Source: Octopus bimaculoides (lineage: Eukaryota). Taken from it: 64,000 nucleotides of DNA. The position numbers and the translations under genes were made by a program. The notes under the pieces were generated by a model, which searched no databases, was not told where the DNA came from, and worked only from the letters and a program-made list of their open reading frames with translations. The stretch is from positions 42,732,278-42,796,277 of the forward strand of contig NC_068998.1 in assembly GCF_001194135.2 (NCBI RefSeq). Direction: 5' to 3'. Of the stretch, positions 25,330 through 38,974 are shown one piece after another (position 1 is the first letter of the stretch; each line of letters starts with the position of its first letter).

Positions 25330-26009
25330 TCGATGGATTAAAGCTGTAAGAGAAATAGGAAACAATATATTAGGATTATTTCTATAGAATAATCTCTTAG
25401 GAAACAGGTTTTCAATGAGAAATATCAGCAAAGCTTTGAGAAAGACAGAAATTATGTAGAAACCAACTATAAACATCTTCTTATATATATAAACTGATGG
25501 AGATTGTAAGATGTTTTACATCATCAGCTTCATTGTTGTTGTCGGCATCAGTAGTCGCAGTAGTGACGGCATCATCATCATCATTATCATCCTTGTTATT
25601 GCCACAACAAGCACAGCCATAACCATCATCACTGTTAATGCCACTACTGCTGTTGTCATTACTATTTTATTCCCATTGCTTCCCTGCTTGGAAGAATCTT
25701 CTGTCAGTGTTCCCCCAAATGTTGGGATCCTTTGTTATCTTTCTTGTGAGGTTCAGTTTCCTGAAACCAGCTTTCTTCCAGGAGCATAGCTAGGAGTGAG
25801 AAATGCCGTTGGGGTTGGTGGAATTCTTGAGGTCTGCTGTATAAGCCTGCATATGCTTAGGGCACTGAGAGGTGGTGGTGGGCAAATTCAAGGATAGTAC
25901 GATGTGGAATCCACACAAACTAAACCGTGTCTTTCACCATTTCTTCCTACTGTTTCTCTTTGCCTACTCAAAGTTCCTTTCCACATGTGTCACCTGTATG
26001 TATACATAC

Positions 26010-26215
26010 ATCCTCATTATCATCATTATCATTTAATGTCCGCTTTCCATGCTAGCATGGGTTGGACGGTTTGACTGAGGACTGGCAAGCTGGCCGAGTC
26101 AGGGGCTGTACCAGGCTCCAATCTGATTTAGCAAGGTTTCTACAGCTGGATGCCTTTCCTCACGCCAACCATTCTAAGAGTTTATTTGGTGCTTTTATGT
26201 GCTACTGGCATGGGC
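26010..26215 (-). mobile_element. RTE-tailed SINE family C
   Basis: tttaatgtccgctttccatgctagcatgggttggacgg..ggatgcc..gccaacc. Confidence 0.85.
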
Positions 26216-26221
26216 ATAATA

Positions 26222-26665
26222 CAAGCATACATACAGAATCGTTAGCACACCTGGTGAAATGCTCAGCGGTATTTCATCTGATGTTACGTTCTGAGTTCAA
26301 ATTCCGCTGAGGTCGACTTTGCCTTTCATCCTTTCAGGGTAGATTAAATAAGTACCAGTTACGCACTGGGGTTGATGTAATTGACTTAATCCCATCCCGC
26401 TAGCTGCCCCTGTGACAGAAATTTGAAATAATAATAATTATTATTATTATTATTAAGGTGGTGAGCTGACAGGATCGTTCGCCTGTCAGGCAAAATGCTA
26501 AGCGATGTTTCACCTGTCGCTATGTTCTGAGTTCAATTTCTGCCGAGGTTATCTATGCCTTTCACCCTTTCAGGGTCAATAGATTAAGTACCAGTGAAAC
26601 AATGGGGGTTGACATAATTGACTAGTCCCATCCTCCAAAATTTCAGGCCTTGTGCCTATAGTAGA
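26222..26665 (+). mobile_element. Two consecutive SINE family B copies (26222-26400, 26455-26665)
   Basis: Shared head and core. Confidence 0.8.
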
Positions 26666-26669
26666 AAGG

Positions 26670-26728
<59 letters not shown>

Positions 26729-27066
26729 TAGTTTTTTTCTTTGTTTCATCTCAGCAGAGACTGGTGATGAGACTGTTATTCTAAATATCTTAAACTTTCA
26801 TTTCCATCTTTCGTTTCAACAAACCTTTTCATTGCATCAGAAATCATAACACTACAAAACCAAACTGCAGCCTGAAATGGAATTCTGCAGACAAATTCTT
26901 TGAACTCATTCTTCGCCTCCATTAACCTGTCAAAAATTCCTCCATTGTTTCTTTGAATCCTCAGGTTAATAGCTTTTACATATATTTCCTTATATCTATC
27001 TATCTATCTATATATATATCATCATCATCATCATCATCGTTTAACGTCCGCTTTCCATGCTAGCAT

Positions 27067-27105
<39 letters not shown>

Positions 27106-27157
27106 ACATGCACATATATATTTATAAATATATATGTGTATGTGTGCATGTACATAT

Positions 27158-27206
<49 letters not shown>

Positions 27207-27258
27207 TGCCTGTATATACACACACAGACATGTACTCACTTTTGCATATGCATGTAAA

Positions 27259-27289
<31 letters not shown>

Positions 27290-27734
27290 ATATATATATC
27301 CACTCGGCATCAAAGGCTGCCTGACATATTTTTGATCTCTTAATTACTTAGGTACTGCATGCCTTTCACACAATGCAACTTTGGTACATGCATTTTTCTG
27401 GCATCATTACCATAACCCTCCTCCTCCTCATCATTATCATCATCATCACTATTGAGCTGGCAGAATCTTAAGTGCTTTGGCACAGAAGCCTTATGCTGTT
27501 TCTTCTAGCTCACTACATTATGAGTTCAAACTTCATCAAGATCAGAATTATATTTAATTACTTTGCGGGTGTCAATAAAGTACTTATAAAGAACTGAAGC
27601 TGATCGTATTGATTAACTCCTCATTCTGAAAATTGCTGGCCTTGTGCATAAATCAGAAACCTTTATTATTATTATTATTATTATTGTTATCATCATTATT
27701 ATTATTATTGTTATTATTATTGTTATCATTATTA

Positions 27735-28290
27735 TTTTTATTGAGTGAGAGAGCAGTGCATGCTATCAGAGTGACTCTAGGGTACAAATATATGAAACAC
27801 AATATACCCATCATGACTACCTGTCTGATAAGGGTACACCAGGCACATGCATTACAAACATATATATGTGACATGATGATCTCATATCAAGATAAACAGT
27901 GCATGACTTTGCAGGTGGGGCCCAGTTAGAATTTTCTTCAGGTCAAGAAGCCCATCATGCTCAAAAGGTCCTTGGATAAGAATTGTTTAAGGATGATGAA
28001 CAAAACACCCATGTTTCCAGAGGTGAATTATCCAAACTACAAAGAATTCCTCTCAACACATGGCTATGATGCTCCCCCACTAGTTCTGCTTGTGATCAGA
28101 GATGCACCTATCGTCAGTCACTAAGGGACATGCTCAACTAGTTAAGGTCAAACAACTGACAAGCAAATCTGTGGTATTGAGCAGAATATTTTCTGTAGTC
28201 CATCTTTTATACCAAGACAAAACATTGTACATGATAACACTTCCAGTCAGTTAAGAGCAGAAGACATGAAACCCAGTACCTGGTACTGCA
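27735..28290 (-). mobile_element. Interspersed repeat ending in a (TAA)n tail, probable non-LTR 3' UTR or SINE
   Basis: Higher-GC block abutting a TTA array; no ORF; family not named. Confidence 0.45.
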
Positions 28291-28349
28291 TCAAGACATC
28301 TATTATTATGATTATTATTATTAAATGCTTAGTAGCGGAAAATTTAGAC

Positions 28350-28680
28350 AGTGTCACATGACAACTAGCTGGGGCTGCCTGCTGGAGCCTAGCAGCAGAT
28401 ATAAAAAGGGGAACTTGACATGACGATCAGTCGGACGCTGACACTCGTTGATGCTGCATCGAAGAGGCCAGGGAATAGAAGAAAGAAGACATACACCCAA
28501 CACCAGAGCTGAAGACACCTCCGAAAGGAGGGGCCCCCGCCACGTCAAAACGGTAGAGGAGTAGGGGCCGAAACCAGACGTGGTTCCTCCTGATGATGTC
28601 TTGAGCTAACTGGATCCTATAAAGGAGCTGTTGTGGTAGCAGACCACGAAACATGGTTGAAATTCCTCATCCATCTACAC
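28350..28680 (+). mobile_element. GC-rich LTR/pseudo-LTR-like element with TATA box and two tandem hammerhead-like cores
   Basis: tgtcac..ctaca ends and tataaaaagggg. CUGAAGA at 28509 with GAAAC at 28570; CUGAUGA at 28590 with GAAAC at 28648. Confidence 0.65.
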
Positions 28681-29959
28681 ATTCTGAGTTCAAATTCCAC
28701 CAAGGTCAACTTTACCTTTCATCTTTTCAGGACCGATAAGAAAAGTACAATTTGAACACTGGGGTTGATATAATTGACTAAATTGCATCAACCCCCCCAA
28801 AACATATGCCTGTAGCAGAAGGGATTATTATTATTATTATTATCATCATCATCATCATCATCATCATTATTATTAAATGCTTAGCTGCATTTCTTATATT
28901 AAGGAATGGCATATATCTCAAAATTTGAATTTTGTTCAACTTGTGCAGTGCTTTTGCACATCAGCATGTAAATTGTTTTCATATCTGTATATAAAATTAC
29001 ATCATTGAAATCTTGAAGCTACAAGAGATATTGCATGATTATATATAATTCAAAACAGTGTGAATAAAAATGCATTACATTTGACAGAATAACCAGGATT
29101 AAAGAGACCTTCCATTTGTGACACACACCAAGAATTAAATGGGTTTAACGACACACATAGATTAGATATGTGACATTGATAATGTTCAGATTATTGAGCT
29201 GCTTCTAGCATTAAATATTAGTTTAGGTTGATGTGCTTAAATAATATGGTGGGAAGTGGAGTGAAGAATTTAAAATTTGATCTCAGCAGAGTTAAAGCAT
29301 ATTTCTAGAATAAAAAAAAACAACAACAGTAGTAGAAACTTTTATGGTTCAGATTGAAAAGGATACTTCTGATACTCCTGATCCTTTTTATAAACCTCCC
29401 TAAATCTCATTGCTATCTTATATAAGGACTGGACAAATCAAATAATGTTCATATGGATCTGCTCGACTAGGGTTGATTCATTTGTTTAAAAGTTTTTAAG
29501 GTAGTGCCCCAGCTTGGCCACAGTCTAATGATTAAAACAAGTAAAAGGTAAACAGTAAAAAAGGACTATCCTATTCAATGCACCCTTTCCCTTATTTTAG
29601 ACTGTAGCATGTAATTTGAGGTTGATTTGGCTGCTATTTCTAGCCAATCCAACAACACATAAATTCAATCATGGACATCATCATTATCGTTATCACCACC
29701 ACCAACATCATCTTCATCATCGTTTTAGCATCACTCCTCCATGCTCGTAGGGATCAGACAGAATCTGTTGAGGCCAATTTGTAATGGCCACTTGTCCTTT
29801 CCTGTCACCAAGCTTCACCTGTTTCCAAGCAATGTTATATTTTCCCACGGCTGGACAAGTCTATCTTGGAAGATTGGAAAGGAATGACACTCCTTGTATG
29901 ATGGTGACGTTTGTATACAGCTATCACAAAATACCAAATCTAGTCCAACCACACAAAAA

Positions 29960-30585
29960 TATAAATTCTTATCTGTGCGTATACATAGAATACTTGTGGA
30001 ACACTTCAACAGAAACATCAATTTGGTACAAACTTAACACACCTGATAGTGCTTTGTGGGACAAGGAACAAAAAAAAACAAGTGAGGAATATAAAATATT
30101 AAAACGGCAGCTTGCATCGAAGTTCAAATGGAACTTCACTCCTTACATACATAAGGCACTGCATGAGAGAACAGCGCTGACATGAGCTGCAAAGAAACCC
30201 ATCAACCTGGTGTTATCCATGATTGACAAAATTGTGACAGAACAAGTAATTCAAATCTAAACTTCCAAATTTTGGACTATAAATGTTTTGCTATATTGTG
30301 CTGCAGTAACTGTTCTCCAACAGATGGGATTAAGAAAGATCATTCTAAAGGATATTACAGAGCCAAAAGGGATCACCTCCCTCCAAAATAACATCAACAC
30401 CCTCAGGAAGAAGATAAGGTCAGTTGGACCCTATCATCAAATGCAAAGCTAAAAATGAGTTCATGAACCACCAGCTATGATTGCATGGTATGTTCTCCAG
30501 ATTGTATGGGAACTGCTGCCAAGGAACACTCACAGGAAAACTTATAACCCTTAAACACAATCTACAAGTGATAAGTGAAAAATTT
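29960..30585 (+). mobile_element. Decayed non-LTR retrotransposon ORF, R4/Dong-like N-terminal region
   Basis: One frame with two stops reads FWTINVLLYCAAVTV...PKGITSLQNNINTLRKKI, resembling the R4-clade 'N.L.YAAA' and 'P.W...L...I..LR' blocks. Confidence 0.5.
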
Positions 30586-30759
30586 TGTTATTGTAAAAAA
30601 TTACATGGACAGAAAATGGTAACCTGAAAGTTTGCTCAAAACCCATGAGCTGTATATCACAGAAGGAAAGGTGAAGTCATTGTAGCAAGACTAATTATAT
30701 AACTGATAAGTTTCAAACAATTATTAAATGATATAATACAATGTTATATTTATAACGAC

Positions 30760-30801
<42 letters not shown>

Positions 30802-30804
30802 GTC

Positions 30805-31140
30805 TGTCTGCATGGCTGAGTGGTTAGAACATCAGGTTCACAATCATGAAGTCGTGAGTTCAATTCCTGGACTCAGCTCTGTGTTGAGTTCTTGGACAAG
30901 ACACTTTATTTCATGTCGTTCCAGTTTACCCAGCTGTAGAAATGAGTTGCTGCATCACTGGTGCCAAGCTGTATTGGGCCCCTTTGCCTTTCCCTTGGAT
31001 CACATCACATCGATGGCACGAAGAGGAGAGGCTGGTATGCATGGGTGACTGCTGGTCTTCCATAAACAACCTTGCCCGGACTTGTGCCTCAGAGGGCAAC
31101 ATTCTAGATGGAATCCCATGGTCATTCATGAACGAAGCAG
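30805..31140 (+). mobile_element. tRNA-derived SINE (family F; head shared with E, different tail)
   Basis: A box TGGCTGAGTGG, B box AGTTCAATTCC, cttggacaagacactttatttca core. Confidence 0.8.
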
Positions 31141-31175
31141 GTCTTCACTCCCACACAAACACACACGCTCAAACA

Positions 31176-31223
<48 letters not shown>

Positions 31224-32055
31224 CAAGACATCATTCAAAAAATTTTATTCATCTGAGTATATAGCAGAAAACACTTGTATCATCCTTGCAATGAAACTGT
31301 AGCCAAAAGAACAAGGCTGGGAAGCAGGCCCCTTAATCCACAGCCATGACTGTGGATTATGAATCAAATATGATATAATAGTGAATGTGAATGTAAGTGA
31401 TCAATCATATGTTAAAAGATGAAGTCAAGTCAGTGTATATATATATATCACTGCTAGATTATCTAGGGGCAATGTTTGGTTTAGAAATTGATATCACAGA
31501 TATTTNNNNNNNNNNNNNNNNNNNNNNNNNNNNNNNNNNNNNNNNNNNNNNNNNNNNNNNNNNNNNNNNNNNNNNNNNNNNNNNNNNNNNNNNNNNNNNN
31601 NNNNNNNNNNNNNNNNNNNNNNNNNNNNNNNNNNNNNNNNNNNNNNNNNNNNNNNNNNNNNNNNNNNNNNNNNNNNNNNNNNNNNNNNNNNNNNNNNNNN
31701 NNNNNNNNNGTGTCTATGTATGTATGTATGTATGTGTGTGTGTGTGTATATATACACTCAATGTAAGAGACATAAATAGAAAGATAGATATATGGATACA
31801 TACACACACACATATGCATGCATGCATCTATCTGTTTGTATATCTGTATATGTGTATATAATAGGCAGATATATAAGTATGTCGTACATACATACATACA
31901 TACATGCATGTAGACACACACACACACACGTATATATACAGACATACACATGCATATACACTGAATTATGCAGATGTGTATGTACATAGAAATATATACA
32001 CACACACATGCATATATATGTATTTACATATTTATATATATATATATTTATATAT

Positions 32056-32090
<35 letters not shown>

Positions 32091-33268
32091 ATGTATATAT
32101 ATATATATACACACACACACACGTATTTATACATATACGCACGCACACATATTATTATTATTATTATTTTAATTTTCTTTTGTGTTTGTTTTCAATCTCA
32201 CTCACCTGCTGTATTGAGTAACATATACACCACCAGAGGGCAGCAAAGTATAGAGGTGTGCAGCAGAGTTTGCCACTATTAGCTTATGCGCGCACATGCA
32301 TGCGTGTGTGTGTATGCGTGCGTGTGTGAGCAGATATGTGGATGTTTGTAGGGTATAGGTGTATATGTGTGTACGTATATATGTGTGCATGAGTATGTTC
32401 AATGAAGACTCTTGTTGTTGTTGCGACTGTTGTTGTTTGAGCATGTTATTTTAAATTGTGCAGACTTTTGATCAAAGGCGTCCCTCAGGGTGTCACTTTG
32501 AAGGAAGTTTGGCTGCCGTTACTAGCAATTCAAATAACTCCATACAAGCTCTTTGTTTGGCTTGTGTATTTGCGTACACGTGTGCTTGGGTGTGTATGGA
32601 TACAATTATTAGTATCTGTGTGTATGTGTGTGCATGTGTGTGTGCATTATAGTCTATACAGGTGTGGAAATGCTGTTATTTTCAAAGAACACCTGAGGAG
32701 GGAAGAAAAGCAGAGACTAACAAGAAAGAAGGTAGAGGTGTCAGAGGATGGAAGAGGGGGTAGGGTATCCTTCTTTTAGCTTACTATTATGTGTGTGTGT
32801 CTCTCTCTCTCTCTATCTATCTATCTGTCTATCTCATCGATCTCTTTGTGTGTCTTTCTGGCTATCTGTCTGTTTGTCTATCCATTTCTCTCACTCTCTA
32901 TTTCTCTCTCGCCTTCTTTCCCTCGCTCTCTCCCTTTCTCTCTCTCTCTCTCTCTTATATGTAATAAAATGTCAGAGTGAAATAACTACCAGCTAAAACA
33001 TAATCATCATCAGCATCATTATCATCAACAACATCAACAAGTATTTAAGAACAACAACAACTGCAACAGCATCAGCTGTTTGACAGCAGAAGTAGCAACT
33101 ACTGCAGCAACAATAACAACAGCAACTACCACCACCACCACCACCACCACCACCACTACTACTACTACTACAGAGAAAATATGTAGATATATGTATGAGT
33201 GAGTACACACACAAATATATATATAGATGAATTTATATATATATATATATATATATATAGATGAATTG

Positions 33269-33302
<34 letters not shown>

Positions 33303-34629
33303 TCACACACACACGTTTGTGTGCATATACCTGTGTGTGTATGTGCATAAATATTCCTGGAAATACTCATATGGGTATCTATATGTATGATGAGTATGTA
33401 TAAGTAATAAGTATATATATATATATATATAAGTGTGTGTGTGTCTGTGTGTGTACAGATATACATACGCATGTTTGTATATTGTTGTATTATCTCACAT
33501 TGCTTTAAGTCATTCTTCTAAGAGAAGCCATGCAACTTGTTCATCAGTTTGAAGAGAGAACTGTGCTGCTTGAGGGCAATTTAGAGCAGAAGATTTCAAG
33601 TAAAATTGTATAAACTAGGTTCCTTCTTGTCAAAAATTGATAATAGAATTATGAAATGCTGAGTTCCCCTTCGAGAAATAATCGGTCATAATGATGGCGC
33701 CATATAGACTCTTTTGAATTTCGATTCATTTTTCGCTTTCGTTGAAAGGGAGGGAGGGAGGAAGGTTTTAAAGTTTTATTTCTGTTTTGTTTGTTTGGTT
33801 TTTTTTTTTTGTTCTTTTGTGGGGGCGGATTTTTTTGGTGTTTCTTTTTTGTCGCTCATCCATTCCTCAGAAAAAGGATTTTGTTTCAATGTTGTAATAT
33901 CAGAGGAAATGAAGAAAAATAAATAAATAAATAAATAATATATGAAATAGAAATTGAAATAAGAATATAAAGATTAAAAAAAAAAATCATATAAAGTGAA
34001 TGATAATAAATACAGAAAATTTGAAAGATAAATATAAAAAGCAAAAGGTAAAAATATAAAAAAATAAAGATTAAAATATATATAAAAAAAAAACAATAAA
34101 GAAGCCCAATAAAATTAATTCCCGATTTGTATTCACGTCTGTCTTTCTTTTTGTCATTCTGGTAATCTTTCTTTCTTTCACTATTTTTCCATTTATCTTC
34201 AGTTTTTTTTCACTCTTTCTCTCACCCCCACCCACCGCCTCGCTTTTTGCATTTTTGGTTGTCTTTTATTTTCCAATAACTACCCTGTTACAGACTACCA
34301 TCTCTTGTGCACTAGAACTTTCCATAGTTTTTTTTTTTTTTTTTTTTGTCAGTTAGATAGCATTGAACCTTTATTTNNNNNNNNNNATAATAATAATAAT
34401 AATAATGATAATAATGATGATAATAATAATAATAATAATAATGATGAAAAAGACACAGAAGACTGAAACCCCTTACAGTTTTTAATTTCAGTCCTATCGA
34501 TTAGTTTTGACAATCAGAACTGTGCACCATTTAAATTCTGTCTTTAACCCTACCTGCAACAGCTATCCCCTATCCAAACATCTACCCCTCAATCACTTTG
34601 CAGGGAATCTAACCATATTGATTGTTATA

Positions 34630-34975
34630 TAATAGCTTGGAGACCAGGGAGTCTCTTCATGTTGAACCACAGCTTTGCCGCTTTGAGAGGCCACAGCTCT
34701 CGTATTATAGACATGTAATTAAAATGCCGTAGGATAAAAATTGCAAAATGAATTCTCCATGCCAAACCAACCAGCTGGAAGCTTTAGGGGAAGATCAAGG
34801 ATGAGATGATTGGATAATATCCATAATCTTGCTTGGTTGTGCTTGGGAATTGAACCTGAAAGTCTAGCAACAGTTGCTGCTGATAGGACTTTGCAGAGGA
34901 GATACCTGAGGACTCTAACAACATGACCCTTCCAGAAATAATAGGTAGGGAAGAAGATGGATGGATGGATGGATT
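34630..34975 (+). mobile_element. RTE-clade LINE 3' end (Expander/Rex3-like)
   Basis: RESLHVEPQLCRFERPQLSYYRHVIKMP...GRSRMR*LDNIHNLAWLCLGIEPE followed by a (GGAT)n tail. Confidence 0.8.
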
Positions 34976-35271
34976 AATTTAATCTTTTAGTATCCAGATT
35001 ACACAGTTAAATGTAATGTAATACTTATCCATTCACAGTGTTTCGAATTAAGGATGCTTTATCTCATCACTTTAATATATAGATGATGTGAGTGTTTATG
35101 TTTACAATGACATTGTAGGTCAGGTGTAAGAAGCAAGATCTGGCAGGTTTGAACATAAAACAGGTAAAAAGATGTTTGGAACATAAATTAGCATGAAATT
35201 CTCATGGACAATTTTAATTTAAACCACTTTAAATCAGTAAGTAATCTTACTTGATCATACTTGGGAATTCA

Positions 35272-35775
35272 TCACACCTTAGCTCAGCATTCCTCAGTTA
35301 TCTCCACACCCTGGTTCAGTATCCCTCAGTTTTCACTACATACTGGCTCAGCATACCTTGGTTCCCACCACACGCTAGCTCAGCATTTCTCAGTTCCTGC
35401 CACATCCTAGCCCAGCATTCCTTAGTTCTTACCATACCCTGGCTTAACAGTCCTCTGTTCCCACCACACTCTAGCTCAGCATTCCACAATTATCTCCACA
35501 CCATGGCTCAGTATTCCTAAATTATCTCCACACCCTGGCTCAACATTCCCCTGTCCCCACCACACTCTAGCTCAGCATTCCTCAATTATCTCCACACCCT
35601 GGCTCAGCATTCCTGAAATATCTCCACACCCTGGCTCAACATTCCTTAGTTCTCACCACACCCTGGCTCAACATTCCCCTATTCCCACTACACTCTAGCT
35701 CAGCATTTCTCAATTATCTCCACACCTTGGCTCAGCATTCCTCAATTCTCACTGCACCGTCACTCTCCAGCATTC
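35272..35775. repeat. ~33-bp C-rich minisatellite
   Basis: About 15 variant units of ccacaccctggctcagcattcctcaattatct. Confidence 0.9.
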
Positions 35776-36284
35776 TGGAGTTTCCTCCTCGCTCTCTCTG
35801 CTCAACTGACTCTGGTTTGATCTCCCCATACTCTCAGCTCGCCTACACAATCTCTCTTAACACATGAACCATGCATCACGTCCTCCACCTCTTCAAGTTC
35901 CTTGACCAATGTCTGCCAACCACTCAATTATTATCTGGCCTATCCTCTCCATCAGAACAATCTCCAGTTCTTTGACTGCAAATTAGGTTACAAGGAAAAT
36001 CCAATAATCGGTCTCACACACACACATGCATGCAAGCCAACACACACATACACATGTGTACATGTACGCAAAGAATTTCTCCAAGACCTGATTACTTTTA
36101 TCATTTTATCAATGCTGAGATAATAAAACAAGGAAATCTTGTCTGAAAATCGGAATCTTTGGAAAAAGTTCTCCGGCACCACATGTATTCTTACCCCACT
36201 TCTCTCTCTCCCCAGCACCCATGGTTCTCTTTTATTGTCTTTGGTTCAGTGTCTGGGTGGGTGAGAGACTGAGTTCAGTGAGAC

Positions 36285-37250
36285 CAGGTACGTGTGCATG
36301 TGTGTGTATGCGTGTGCGTGTATGTATATGTGTGCATACAGATGTGTTTGAGTATGCATGTGTAAATGTGAGTGTCTTTGAGTGTGTGTGTGTGTGTGTG
36401 CGCGTACAGATGTGTGAGTGTGCATGTGTAAATGTGTGTGTATGTGTGTATACAGATGTGTGTGTGCATGTGTAAATGTGTGTGCATGTGTGTGCGTGTG
36501 CATACAAATGTGCATGAGTGTGGATGTATAAATGTGTGTATCCGTGTGCATACAGGTGTGAGTGTGATTGTGTAAATGTGTGTGTGCATGTGTGTGTGTG
36601 TGTATGTGTACGTACAGATGTGTGTGTGCATGTGTGTGTGTGTGAGTGTATGTGTATGTGTACGTACAGATGTGTGTGTGCATGTGTAAAAGTGCATGTG
36701 TGTGTATGTGCATACAAATGTGCATGAGAGTATGTATAAAGATGTGTGTGTGCGTGTGTGTACAGATGTACATGAGTGTACATGTCTAAATGTGTATGCG
36801 TGTACAGATGTGCGAGAGTGTGCATGTGTAAATGTGTGTGCGTTTGTGTATGTATAAGGCCTTAGGTGCATTTATGATTGTGCATGGTGGATTTTGTGAT
36901 AATGTGTGTAGATGTGTATTAAGATAGAAACTGTGTGTATGAGTACGTGTGTGTATGTGATTGTCTATGCACTGAGTTAGTGTGTAAATTAATAATGTAA
37001 GCGTATGCGTGAGTGTATTGTGAGAAATTGTGTGAATGTAAATGTGTGTATCTGTGTGTCTCTATGACTACTAGGAATGTGTATATTAACAATGTGAGTA
37101 TATATATATATATATACATATATATATGTGTGTGTGTATGTATACGTGTTTGTGCATGGTGAAACTGTGTGTATGCATGTGTTTATGTGTATGCGTATAT
37201 ATGCATATGTATTTGCATATATCTAGTAAGTGTTTGTTAATTTGTTGGCA
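36285..37250. repeat. Degenerate (TG)n-derived satellite with recurring tacagatgtg motif
   Basis: Directly visible. Confidence 0.9.
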
Positions 37251-37421
37251 TGTTAGTATATTTCTGAAAATACATGTATGAGTTTAGTGTTTTTCAAAGT
37301 TAGCTTCACATGTGGCTTTATCTGTCTGTCTATGTATCTGTCCATACATACATACATGTCTATATATATATATATATATAGCTTGACTGCATTCCTGTTG
37401 AATATATATATATACATATAT

Positions 37422-37770
37422 AGGCGCAGGAGTGGCTGTGTGGTAAGTAGCTTGCTTACCAACCACTTGGTCTCAAGTTCAGTCCCACAGCGTGGCACCT
37501 TGGGCAAGCGTCTTCTACTATAGCCTCGGGCCAACCAAAGCCTTGTGAGTGGATTTGGTAGATGGAAACTGAAAGAAGCCCATCGTACATATATATATAT
37601 ATACATATATATGCATATATATATATATGTATATGTGTGTGTGTCTGTGCTCGTCCCCCCCCCCAAACATCGCTTGAGAACTGATGTTGGTGTGTTTACA
37701 TCACCGTAACTTAGCGGTTCAGCAAAAAAGATCAATAGAATAAGTACTAGGCTTACAAAGAATATGTCCT
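37422..37770 (+). mobile_element. SINE family A, near full length
   Basis: aggcgcaggagtggctgtgtgg head; internal microsatellite. Confidence 0.9.
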
Positions 37771-38557
37771 ATGATCGATTTACTTGTAAAGCAGAGCAAC
37801 AATTTCCCATAGCACCAATGTTAAAACCATAATTTGTTCCCAGAAAAATATTTTCGCTTTTCGAATTCTGGCTCCCTCCCCAAAAAGTTTGGGCCTTGTG
37901 CCTAGAGCATAAAAGAGAAAAATATTTTACCTATAAAATTTATAATACTCATTAATAAATGGCAATAAAACAACAGTATAATGTAAAGAATATTTTATGT
38001 AAAGTAAAAAGAATGTCAAAATCATTAATGCAAAATATTATTATTATAATCCTTTTCTGAATCACTTTCAGTTTCACTAGATTTGTGCACATCATCGCCT
38101 GTAAACGCAATTGCCTCTTCGCAAGCACTCACAGAGGAACTTGTAGATTTCTTTTTAAAAAACAAGTCTAGAGTTGTTTTCTTAGAAGAAGCTTCTTTTC
38201 TTTCTCTATAACTTTCTCAGTAACTCACAAGCATTTATTATGGTAGTAGAAACCTTTTGCACTTCGTTCAGAATTTGGGTCTTGTGTTTGAAAAATAAAA
38301 CTTTGAAACCCAGGATCCTCTAAATTGGGTCCTCGTAAAGTGNNNNNNNNNNNNNNNNNNNNNNNNNNNNNNNNNNNNNNNNNNNNNNNNNNNNTGTGTG
38401 TGTGTGTGTGTGTGTGTGTATCTATATATAAGGATTTACTTTTCGTAATAAGATAAAAAACCAAGGCTGTGTATATTTTAGAACATTTATCAATAGAAGG
38501 TCTTGCAGCTGTTTCCAGGATATTTATTATATCCCTTCATCGGATATGTATATATAT

Positions 38558-38725
38558 ACTACACTCTCTGAGTGGTTGGCATTAGGAAGGGCATCCAGCT
38601 GTAGAAACTCTGCCAAATTAGATTGGAGCCTGATGTTGCCATCCGGTTGCACCAGTCCTCAGTCAAATCGTCCAACCCATGCTAGCATGGAAAGCGGACG
38701 TTAAACGATGATGATGATGATGATA
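38558..38725 (+). mobile_element. RTE-tailed SINE family C, 3' part
   Basis: Ends cgtccaacccatgctagcatggaaagcggacgttaaacg(ATG)n. Confidence 0.9.
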
Positions 38726-38934
38726 TATCATCTTCAAAATGTAACCGCATGTGTATCATTGGCGATTTTCTTCCTCTGTCTTCCCTTCCTTTGCACTTTC
38801 CTCTATTTCTGAAGAAGAGCAAGGCTCGAAACATTAAATCCTCTTTCCATCCTTTCCTGAGCATCTGATAACACAGTACTTGTATCACATCCTCATGCTA
38901 TTGTTTTTTCTTGTTTGTTCTTTTTAGTTTGGAT

Positions 38935-38940
<6 letters not shown>
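38725..38940 (+). mobile_element. Penelope-like terminal fragment with hammerhead-like core
   Basis: AUUU-CUGAAGA-A-GAGC-AAG-GCUC-GAA-ACAU-U-AAAU at 38805-38839. Confidence 0.65.

Positions 38941-38974
<34 letters not shown>

Noticed and set aside
33505-33612. Protein-like frame EAMQLVHQFEERTVLLEGNLEQKISSKIV*
   Set aside because: Weak splice sites and no recognisable family.
35272-35775. CRISPR-like array
   Set aside because: Contiguous units with no unique spacers, no cas genes, eukaryotic context.
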